Positions 51,208 to 59,160 of a stretch of 64,000 nucleotides of DNA are shown here, piece by piece (the stretch's first letter is position 1; the number at the start of each line of letters is the position of its first letter). The notes beneath the pieces were generated by a model, which saw only the letters and a list, made by a program, of their open reading frames with translations, ran no database searches and was not told the DNA's origin. This stretch comes from an uncultured Acidimicrobiales bacterium (GTDB taxonomy: Bacteria > Actinomycetota > Acidimicrobiia > Acidimicrobiales > SHLQ01), in contig CALGZB010000070.1 in the NCBI GenBank assembly GCA_937934655.1, forward strand, positions 3,005 through 67,004, written 5' to 3'. Position numbers and translations under genes: made by a program.

Positions 51208-51369
51208 AGTGCGATTCGTTCGTCTTCAAGTAGCAATCGGCAGTCAGGGACACCGCATGAGTCGAATGGCCTATAAATATTCTTCGCAACGGGATGCCAA
51301 TCGACCCAGATTGGGGGCATTTCAAGAGAACGATTGAGGTCGACGGCCTACTCGGCCGATACAGATGTT

Positions 51370-52563
51370 ATGGATATGATTCAAGGCCGGCGGAGCCCTC
51401 ACGACGAAAGCGTTGCGCTTGAAGCAATTCGCGACGTAGTGCGGATCGCTCAGATATCAACCAATGCAGTCTTCGCTCAATTGTGTGTGGGTCCCGAGGT
51501 GGTTGCCTGGTCTGGACAGACTGATGAATTCCAGCCCGTACTCGAACTCATCACCATCGCCGAACTTCACTCCTCTGGCGCGATCATCTCCCTCGAGGGC
51601 GGTCTTCCGTCGTGGGCTGTTTCGATGCAGGCGGTCTCACTGACCGGCCCGCATGCCGAACCAGCATGGCTGCTTGTCATCTCTGACGAGGAGAGTGCCT
51701 TCGATGAAAAGTCGACAGAGCTCTTGGAGATTGCTGGCTCGCTCGCCGAGCGCTCGCTCGACCGGACCGTCGAACATGCACGGCTCGCCGACATCAGCGA
51801 AGAACTTCGCGTCACCCAAGCCGATCTTCGCGTCAGTAGTCAACAGCTCGAAATCTCAAACCGCGAGCTCGAACAGTTTGCCTATGTCGCGTCGCATGAG
51901 CTGGTCTCTCCCCTTCGCGCCGTATCGGTCTACGCCCAGCTTCTTCAGCAGATCCTTACCGATACCGAACTCGAATCCGGGACCACTACCAAAGTCGAAT
52001 CTTGCGTTGATGAAATCACCCGAGGCGTCAGCCTTATGAGTACCCAGGTGCAGAGCCTGCTCGAACTCTCCAGCGTCAACGCGACGGCCACCACACTCGA
52101 ACCTGTCGAACTCTCAGAGGCTGTCGGCAATGCGCTCGACACCCTCGCGCCGCAGTTGGAGGAAGCCAACGCCAACATCACGGTCGAAGCACTCCCAATC
52201 GTTCTCGGGCAGCTCGTGCCTCTGCAGGGCGTCTTCGCCAACCTGGTCTCGAACTCGTTGCGCTACTCTCACGCCGATCGTCAGCTCGAAATAGAGGTCT
52301 CCGCCAGCGCGACGACGACCCACACCAGAGTTACGGTTCGAGACAACGGTGTCGGTGTCACCGAAGCCGACGCTGACCGGATATTTGGACTGTTTGAGCG
52401 AGCCTCGACCACCACCGATGGCACGGGGATCGGCCTGGCGTTGAGCCGTCGCATTGTTGAATCGTTCGGCGGCCGAATCGGTGTGACGTCGGGGATCGAA
52501 GAAGGCTCCGAGTTCTGGGTTGAGCTGTCGAATGCCGCAACCTGGCCGGTCGAAGATTCGTAA
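51370..52563 (+). CDS. Cytoplasmic sensor histidine kinase
   Basis: ELEQFAYVASHELVSPL H-box, NLVSNSLRY, DNGVG, IFGLFER, GTGIGL; GAF-like N-terminus, no TM; start uncertain. Confidence 0.85.
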   Translation: MDMIQGRRSPHDESVALEAIRDVVRIAQISTNAVFAQLCVGPEVVAWSGQTDEFQPVLELITIAELHSSGAIISLEGGLPSWAVSMQAVSLTGPHAEPAWLLVISDEESAFDEKSTELLEIAGSLAERSLDRTVEHARLADISEELRVTQADLRVSSQQLEISNRELEQFAYVASHELVSPLRAVSVYAQLLQQILTDTELESGTTTKVESCVDEITRGVSLMSTQVQSLLELSSVNATATTLEPVELSEAVGNALDTLAPQLEEANANITVEALPIVLGQLVPLQGVFANLVSNSLRYSHADRQLEIEVSASATTTHTRVTVRDNGVGVTEADADRIFGLFERASTTTDGTGIGLALSRRIVESFGGRIGVTSGIEEGSEFWVELSNAATWPVEDS

Positions 52564-52699
52564 CGGCTTTCGGCAGACGTGCCGAAATAGGGCCGACGAG
52601 ATACGGCAGAAGAAAGAGGGCTGCAGAAAGAGGGAATAGGTGAGCGCCACGCCGGGTTGCCGGGTGACCTGTCCGAATCCTTGGAGATCTCTGCAACCA

Positions 52700-53305
52700 A
52701 TGCGACCAACCCCTTTTGCTGCCGGCGCCCTCGCTGCCGGCCTTTTGCTCTCTGCTTGTGGGGGCGGCGGTGAAACGACAAGTACCGGCGCAACACCTGA
52801 TGCCGGAACCGAAACCAGCTCTGGTGCGAGCCCGGCCGACCTGGCAGAGGAAAACGCCCAATCCTTACAAAGCACCGACGACGGCCGCACCAGCGAGGTT
52901 CTCAATATCGCCGATGGGTCAATCACCAGTCTGCAAGAGGCCGTCACTGGCGACCGTCCCGTATTGCTCTGGTTCTGGGCACCTCATTGACCGACCTGCC
53001 GGCGCGAAGGCCCGGCCGTTGAGCAGTTTGCTCAAGCCAACATCGACAAGATTCAGATCATCGGCATCGGAGCCCAGGACGACTTCGGTCAAGCCCAGGA
53101 CTTCTTGGGCGACACCGGCGTCGCCACGCCTGAGATGCTGTACGACCCAACCTTCAACACGTGGCGGGCCTTTGGTGTCACGACAAACTCCCAAATGAAA
53201 CTGCTCACCCCAGACCTCGACGCGAGCTCTGACCTTCTGTTCGGCTTCGGCGAGGATGAGCAAGCAGCCATCCTTGACGCGCTGCCAGCCTTTGCCCCGC
53301 AGTAA
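52700..53305 (+). CDS. Thioredoxin-fold (DsbF/Mpt53/TlpA-like) lipoprotein, probable selenoprotein with UxxC
   Basis: Lipobox LLSAC; VLLWFWAPH-TGA(52988-52990)-PTCRREG continues in frame to TAA 53305; TGA aligns with the first Cys of WFWAPWCPTC. Confidence 0.75.
52998..53016 (+). promoter_or_regulatory. Possible SECIS hairpin after the in-frame TGA
   Basis: GCCGG-C-GC-GAAG-GC-CCGGC starting 8 nt after TGA, G-initiated apical loop. Confidence 0.4.
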
Positions 53306-53405
53306 CCGCCGTATCGGCCAGTCTGGTTGAACGATGCCGTGTGGGCAGAGGAACCCTCCTCTTGCCCGTGCGGAGTGCTCGTTCCGGCAGTACCGTGAAC
53401 AACGT

Positions 53406-54359
53406 ATGCGTTCCTTTAGCGCCGGTAACTTCGGCAACACTGATGACCCCTGGTTTCGGGTTGGCAACATCAACGTCACCACCACGATTGCCTTCGTTGG
53501 TATCGGTATTGTGGGCCTACTCGTCTGGATGATCGAAGGGCCGAGCCGCAGCATCTCGCAGAACTTCTGGTTGTTCGGCGAAGCGTTCCGCGGCTTCGAG
53601 GGTGTCGGCACCGCAGGTGGTGGCCAGATATGGCGCATCTTCACCTGGCCGATGTTTCATGAAGCTGGCGCTCGGGTGTTCTGGGTGATCCTGATGTTCG
53701 CCATCTTCTTCATGTTGGGAAGCCAGCTCGAAGCGAAGATGGGGCGCAAGGTCTACACCTCATTTATCGCAACCCTCATCGTCGTGCCGTCGATCCTCGT
53801 CACGTTGATTCAGATCGGTGTCCCAATGCAGGGCGCCGTCGGCGGCCTTCGCTTCGTCGAACTCGGTGTTCTCATTGGCTTTGGCCTGGCGTTTCCTGAA
53901 GCCGTGTTCTTCTTCGGGATCCCTGCCCGGTTCCTCGCCGCCGGAATCGTTGTTATCGAGTTCATCCAAACGGTCGCCGACCGGAACACACTCGGTCTGG
54001 TATTCGGCTTCCTTCTCGTCGCTACGGCACTCCTTGCGATTAGAGCATTTGGTCACGCTCCCGATGACCAGTGGATTCCTCTGATCCCAGTTCCCGCCAA
54101 CCTCGGCGGCACCGCTGCACCAAAGGCGGCCAAAAAGAGCGGCGGACCAAACCTGAGTCGCCCTTCGCGTAAGCGAGCCAAAAGCAATCTCTCTGTGGTG
54201 CCACCGACCGACCCAGTGCAAGATGATCTCAACGACATGGAGATCGACTCGCTTCTCGATCAGGTCGCCAACGAAGGTCTCGACAGTCTCACCAAGGATC
54301 AACGAAAACGGCTCGAGCAACACTCGAAGCGGCTTCGTAAACGCGACGAAGGAAAGTAG
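53406..54359 (+). CDS. Rhomboid-like membrane protein with C-terminal DUF6576-type domain
   Basis: GQIWRIFTW (WR motif), G.QLE..MG, TM segments; tail IDSLLDQVANEGLDSLTKDQRKRL. Confidence 0.7.
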   Translation: MRSFSAGNFGNTDDPWFRVGNINVTTTIAFVGIGIVGLLVWMIEGPSRSISQNFWLFGEAFRGFEGVGTAGGGQIWRIFTWPMFHEAGARVFWVILMFAIFFMLGSQLEAKMGRKVYTSFIATLIVVPSILVTLIQIGVPMQGAVGGLRFVELGVLIGFGLAFPEAVFFFGIPARFLAAGIVVIEFIQTVADRNTLGLVFGFLLVATALLAIRAFGHAPDDQWIPLIPVPANLGGTAAPKAAKKSGGPNLSRPSRKRAKSNLSVVPPTDPVQDDLNDMEIDSLLDQVANEGLDSLTKDQRKRLEQHSKRLRKRDEGK

Positions 54360-54364
54360 GCGCC

Positions 54365-55144
54365 ATGTCGGAGCCTTCTCCTTCGCCCGCGTCGATCGCC
54401 CAGCAGGCCTCCGACTTCTACGTCCTGTCAGCACGAGATGGCAAGAGCCGTGCCGCCGTCGAAACGTACGTTGGCGACACGTACATCCAGCACAACCACC
54501 GGGTACCTGACGGCCCCGAAGGCTTCCGTAAGCGATACCACGACATGTCTCACGACTACGGGTATCGCGATGTTGCCGTCATCCGGGCCTTCGCCAACGA
54601 TCACACGGCAGTTCTCCACACGGTTGAAGATCGCGGCGATGGTGGCGTATGGGTTGCCATGGTCCTGCTGCGATTCCTCGACAACAAAATCATTGAGCAG
54701 TGGGACAACTTCGTTGAGGTTCCGGACTTTGCGAGCGGCTTGGCGTTCACGAGCGGCCCATCAACAACATCGACCCTCGAGACCACCGACGACACCGCCG
54801 ATCGTTCACGAGCGGTGATCCAAGCACTCATCGATGGCGACCCAATGGCAGCCGCACCGGCCTTCGACCACCGCAAGTTTCGCCATCACGACACAACGTT
54901 GACGGCACGCACGTTCGCCGCCGAGTGGTTCGAAAACCGTTCCGACATCGCTGTCACCCAGATTCACCAAGTCGTGGCGCACCACAACTTCGCGGCGGTG
55001 CAAAGCGAAGGCCTCGTCGATGGCACGCCTACCGCTTTCACCGATTGTTTCCGTTGCGAGCAAGGCGTCATCGTCGAGCATTGGGGCGTTTCCGAGACCA
55101 TCGTCGACGCCGCCGCATCTGCTCATACCAACGGCAAGTTCTAA
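54365..55144 (+). CDS. Tandem SnoaL/NTF2-like protein
   Basis: YIQHNHRVPDGPEG, KIIEQWD and second-domain FR.EQG.IVEHW. Confidence 0.78.
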   Translation: MSEPSPSPASIAQQASDFYVLSARDGKSRAAVETYVGDTYIQHNHRVPDGPEGFRKRYHDMSHDYGYRDVAVIRAFANDHTAVLHTVEDRGDGGVWVAMVLLRFLDNKIIEQWDNFVEVPDFASGLAFTSGPSTTSTLETTDDTADRSRAVIQALIDGDPMAAAPAFDHRKFRHHDTTLTARTFAAEWFENRSDIAVTQIHQVVAHHNFAAVQSEGLVDGTPTAFTDCFRCEQGVIVEHWGVSETIVDAAASAHTNGKF

Positions 55145-55181
55145 AAGGTCACGCACCAGCGTCCGACAGGAACACCCCGTG

Positions 55182-55901
55182 ATGCCACGACCGAAGTTCT
55201 TGTGGGCCTACGCACTCGTCCTCCACCTGGCTCTCCTGCTCCTGGTGCTCAGAATCGCGCAACCGAGCCTGGCCATCTGGGGCCCGGTGAGCTCGGTATC
55301 TCAGGCCGAAATTCACTACGTGAACATGGTCCAATACCACGAGCGCGGCGACGCAGCGCTCCCTCCCGGACGGGTCCTGTTTCTTGGCGACAGCATCACC
55401 CAAGGCTTGCCGGTTGCTGCGGCTACCTCCCGCGGCGTGAACTACGGAATCGGCTCCGACGATACGGTTGGCCTGCTCGCCCGACTCGAAAAGTACGAGT
55501 CGATCAACTCGGCGGCAGCCGTTGTCATCGCCATGGGGTCAAACGATATGAACCGGGTCACGGACGCAGAACTCTCCACAAACTATGAAGCGGTCCTCGA
55601 CGCAATTCCGTCCGACGTTCCCGTCATTTGTTCGGCGATTCTCCCAATCGACGAACCGGTGCGCAGCAACTGGCTCGACCGCTCAAACAAACGAATCATC
55701 AAACTCAACACCGACATCGAGAGCCTGTGTACCAACCGCGGGTACCTGTTCGTCGATCCAACCGCGGCAATGTCGAATGACGATGGCAACCTCAAGTCGG
55801 AGTTTCACGTCGGCGATGGCCTCCACCTCAACGCTGACGGAAATGCCCAGTGGATCGTCGACCTGAAGGCCGCGTTACAGCAGCTCGGCATTGACGACTA
55901 G
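55182..55901 (+). CDS. SGNH/GDSL hydrolase with N-terminal membrane anchor
   Basis: FLGDSIT, NYGIGSD, MGSND, DGLHLN. Confidence 0.85.
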   Translation: MPRPKFLWAYALVLHLALLLLVLRIAQPSLAIWGPVSSVSQAEIHYVNMVQYHERGDAALPPGRVLFLGDSITQGLPVAAATSRGVNYGIGSDDTVGLLARLEKYESINSAAAVVIAMGSNDMNRVTDAELSTNYEAVLDAIPSDVPVICSAILPIDEPVRSNWLDRSNKRIIKLNTDIESLCTNRGYLFVDPTAAMSNDDGNLKSEFHVGDGLHLNADGNAQWIVDLKAALQQLGIDD

Positions 55902-56015
55902 GACTATCTCGGTGCGAAGCTGGGAATGAAACGGCCGTACGATGAGTTCTTTATCTCGTACTTAGGTCTCAACGCCTCGGTCCCCAAACCCACAACTCGC
56001 CAGGAGGCCCTTCCA

Positions 56016-56408
56016 GTGGCAACGATCGAACTCAACAAGAACAACTTTGAAGAAACCATCAACCGAGACGGCGTGGTCCTTGTCGACTTCTGGGCCGAGT
56101 GGTGTGGTCCGTGCAAGTCCTTCGGGCCGGTCTTTGAAGCCACCTCCGAGGAGAACCCCGACACCATCTTCGCAAAGGTCGACACCGAAGCCGAGCAAGA
56201 CCTCTCCGGAGCGCTCGGGATCCAATCGATCCCTACCGTCATGATCTTCCGCGACGGTATCCAAGTGTTCTCCCAGCCGGGTGCGCTTCCCAAAGATGCT
56301 CTCGACGATCTCCTCGTCCAAGTCAACGGACTCGACATGGATGAAGTCCGCAAAGAGGTCGAAGAACACATCGCAAGCCACCAACACGGCCCCGACTGCA
56401 ACCACTAA
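56016..56408 (+). CDS. trxA: Thioredoxin
   Basis: VDFWAEWCGPCK, IQSIPT; AGGAGG RBS before GTG 56016. Confidence 0.9.
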   Translation: MATIELNKNNFEETINRDGVVLVDFWAEWCGPCKSFGPVFEATSEENPDTIFAKVDTEAEQDLSGALGIQSIPTVMIFRDGIQVFSQPGALPKDALDDLLVQVNGLDMDEVRKEVEEHIASHQHGPDCNH

Positions 56409-56415
56409 CAGCACC

Positions 56416-57180
56416 ATGGAATTGTTCGACACCCGGCCCGGTCAGGCACTCGTTATCGGTGGAACCGGCGGTGTCGGCAAAGCCACAGTGAAGCGGCTCG
56501 CCGCAGAAGGCGCATCGGTCGTGTTTACGTACCGATCGTCCCAAGAGGCAGCGCTCACACTCATCGCCGAGTGCGATGAGGCTGGAACCACCGTGTCAGC
56601 GGTACAACTCGATATCGCCGACTCAGACGCGTGCAAAGCAGTCATAACGGCAGCAGCCGCAGACGGCCTCCACACGGTCGTCTACGCGGCTGGGCCGAAG
56701 GTCCCGCAAACCCACCTCAGTAGGGTCTCGGTGAAGCAGTTTGGTGACGCCGTCGATGCCGAGGTGAAGGGCTTCTTTCATATCGTTCACGCCGCGCTTC
56801 CATTTCTCCGAGAGAACAACGGCTCGATTGTGGCCGTTACAAGTGCCGCTACCGATCGTTATGCGGTCCGCGACGGACTCTCTGCAGGACCGAAGTCAGC
56901 TGTCGAAGCCTTAGTTCGCGGCATTGCCGCTGAAGAAGGACGGTTCGGTGTCCGAGCCAACAGTGTCGGCCCGGGCATGCTTCATGACGGCATGGCGGCC
57001 GAGTTGATGGCCGAGGGCCACTACGACCAGCACGCGCTCGATGTCGCCACCAACAACATTGCGTTGCGCCGATTCGGTTCCTGTGACGACGTGGCGTCAG
57101 CCGTGTGTTTCCTCGCCTCAGATCGCGCCGGCTACATCTCGGGCCAGTCCCTCAACGTCGACGGTGGCTACACCGTCTAA
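56416..57180 (+). CDS. Short-chain dehydrogenase/reductase
   Basis: GGTGGVG, GVRANSVGPG, FLAS..AGYISGQSLNVDGG. Confidence 0.85.
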   Translation: MELFDTRPGQALVIGGTGGVGKATVKRLAAEGASVVFTYRSSQEAALTLIAECDEAGTTVSAVQLDIADSDACKAVITAAAADGLHTVVYAAGPKVPQTHLSRVSVKQFGDAVDAEVKGFFHIVHAALPFLRENNGSIVAVTSAATDRYAVRDGLSAGPKSAVEALVRGIAAEEGRFGVRANSVGPGMLHDGMAAELMAEGHYDQHALDVATNNIALRRFGSCDDVASAVCFLASDRAGYISGQSLNVDGGYTV

Positions 57181-57203
57181 GGCCTCTTCGGGCGAACCCG
57201 GAG

Positions 57204-58319
57204 TTAGCGCTTGTAGTTGGGGATCACGAATGGCAGGTCGGAAACATGGCACGCCACTCGTTTTCCGCGCACGTCGGCCTCGAGTTGGGTTCCAACGACT
57301 GATGCTGCAGCCGATACGTACCCCATGGCGACGGGACCATCGACCGATGCCCCAAAACCGCCACTGGTAACGACGCCGACCAATTCGCCATCGGCGTTGA
57401 AGAGTTCGTTACCTGGCCGAATCGGCCGTCGCTGAGCGGTTCCGATACCAACCCGGCTGCGGGTCGGTCCGTCGGCCTGCTGCTGCGCCACAACGTCGGC
57501 TCCGGGATAGTCGCCGGCCTCGCGGCGCCGTTTTGGAACCGCCCACATCAGGCCAGCTTCAACGGGTGTGGTTTCTTCATCAATGTCGCTGCCGTACAGG
57601 CAAAGGCCAGCTTCGAGACGAAGACTGTCGCGGGCGGCGAGCCCGGCGAACTCAACGCGTTCGTCGGCCAAGAGCTTTTCGGTGACGCCAACCACCATGT
57701 CGGCCGGCAAGGCCAGCTCGAACCCATCTTCGCCCGTGTAGCCGCTGCGGGTGATTCGGATATCAGCAGAACCAGCAGGCGTGGTGATTGCGACGATGCC
57801 GCCCGTCATGAACCCAAGGCCGGATACATCAATACCGAGGTCGGTAAGAACCGCTTCTGACTTTGGGCCTTGAAGCGCAATGAGATGCAGGTCGTCGCGT
57901 TCGATGACTTCGACACCGGCAAGGGCTTGCAGGTGAGCCACGTCGTGGGCAACTCGCGAGGCGTTGACAACAACACTCACTCGTCCATCGGGCATCGCCC
58001 AAGCGATGAGATCGTCGAGGATGCCACCTTGGTCGTTGGTGAAAAACGTGTACCGAAGCTTGTTCTCGGCGAGCGTGGTGATGCCGCCCGGGACCAACGT
58101 TTCGAGCGCTTCAGCTGGGGCGTCGCCGACGAGGTCGACGACACGCATGTGCGACACATCGAAGATCGACGACGATTGACGCGTATGAAGATGTTCGGCG
58201 ATGGCACCTTGGCCGTCATAGGACAATGGCATCGAGTAGCCGGCGAATGGCCCGAACTTTGCGCCCCGGGTTTCGTGAAGCGCATGTAAGAGCGTGGTCT
58301 CGAGTTCGGCGTCAGCCAT
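57204..58319 (-). CDS. gcvT: Glycine cleavage aminomethyltransferase T
   Basis: EHLHTR..IFDVSHM, GILDDL, ALQGP, RSGYTGEDGFE, GLAARDSLRLEAGLCLYG, TPVEAGL, TSGG..AMGYV. Confidence 0.9.
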   Translation of the reverse strand: MADAELETTLLHALHETRGAKFGPFAGYSMPLSYDGQGAIAEHLHTRQSSSIFDVSHMRVVDLVGDAPAEALETLVPGGITTLAENKLRYTFFTNDQGGILDDLIAWAMPDGRVSVVVNASRVAHDVAHLQALAGVEVIERDDLHLIALQGPKSEAVLTDLGIDVSGLGFMTGGIVAITTPAGSADIRITRSGYTGEDGFELALPADMVVGVTEKLLADERVEFAGLAARDSLRLEAGLCLYGSDIDEETTPVEAGLMWAVPKRRREAGDYPGADVVAQQQADGPTRSRVGIGTAQRRPIRPGNELFNADGELVGVVTSGGFGASVDGPVAMGYVSAAASVVGTQLEADVRGKRVACHVSDLPFVIPNYKR

Positions 58320-59160
58320 CAGTGTCTCCGTGAACGTACTGCCAGCCGAAGCGACCCTTAATGCAAAGGTTGCCCCACGTAACCGAGTGGTCGTCGGGGG
58401 AAGTGACCTTCACGATGCGCTCGTCCTGGGTGTGAAGCTCAAGGTTACAGCCGACACCGCAATACGAACAGACCGTGGTGGTCACCGTCTGGTCTTCCGG
58501 GCGCCAGTTGGCCACCTGGCGAAGATCAAACTCGGTTTTGAACTGCAGGGCATTGGTAGGACAAACCGCCACGCAGTTCCCGCAGTAAACACATGCCGAG
58601 TCAGGCAGGGTTACATCGAACTCGGTTGCGATGCGAGCACCGAACCCGCGGCCCGACATCGAGATGGCGTACGTGTGCTGAGCATCGTCGCCGCAGGCCG
58701 AGACGCACTTGTAGCAAAGGACACATTTGTCATAATCGCGAACGTAGAGATCATCTTGGATCTTGATCTCTTCGTTCATCCGCTCCGGGTTTTCGTAGCG
58801 GTCGGGTTGCGCGCCGTACTTAGCGCTCCACTCGTTGAGCTCGTCAGCCTCGCTCAGGTCCACACCAGATCCCAGGAACTCAAGAACCATCTTGCGACTG
58901 TGGTTCACGCGATCCGAATCGGTGCTAACAACCATTCCTTCTTCGACCGGTCGCGAACACGACGGCACGAGTGTGCGCGACCCTTCGAGCTCGACCACAC
59001 AAACCCGGCAGGCGTTGACCGGCGTCAGGTTAGGCCCGTAACAAATCGTTGGCGTCTCGACTCCGGCCGCGGTGCATGCGTCGAGAATCGTAGATCCCTC
59101 GGGCACCGCTACATCGTTGCCGTCGACCGAGATGGTCACCGCTACTTCGGTACTAGTCAT
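58312..59160 (-). CDS. Formate dehydrogenase Fe-S subunit (free-standing N-terminal part of FdsA/FdhA)
   Basis: 2Fe-2S (C..ACRVC..C), CVLCYKCVSAC, CVYCGNCVAVCP and C-terminal CSYCGVGC..LCIKGRFG (molybdopterin-enzyme Fe4S4 domain). Confidence 0.85.
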   Translation of the reverse strand: MTSTEVAVTISVDGNDVAVPEGSTILDACTAAGVETPTICYGPNLTPVNACRVCVVELEGSRTLVPSCSRPVEEGMVVSTDSDRVNHSRKMVLEFLGSGVDLSEADELNEWSAKYGAQPDRYENPERMNEEIKIQDDLYVRDYDKCVLCYKCVSACGDDAQHTYAISMSGRGFGARIATEFDVTLPDSACVYCGNCVAVCPTNALQFKTEFDLRQVANWRPEDQTVTTTVCSYCGVGCNLELHTQDERIVKVTSPDDHSVTWGNLCIKGRFGWQYVHGDTDG

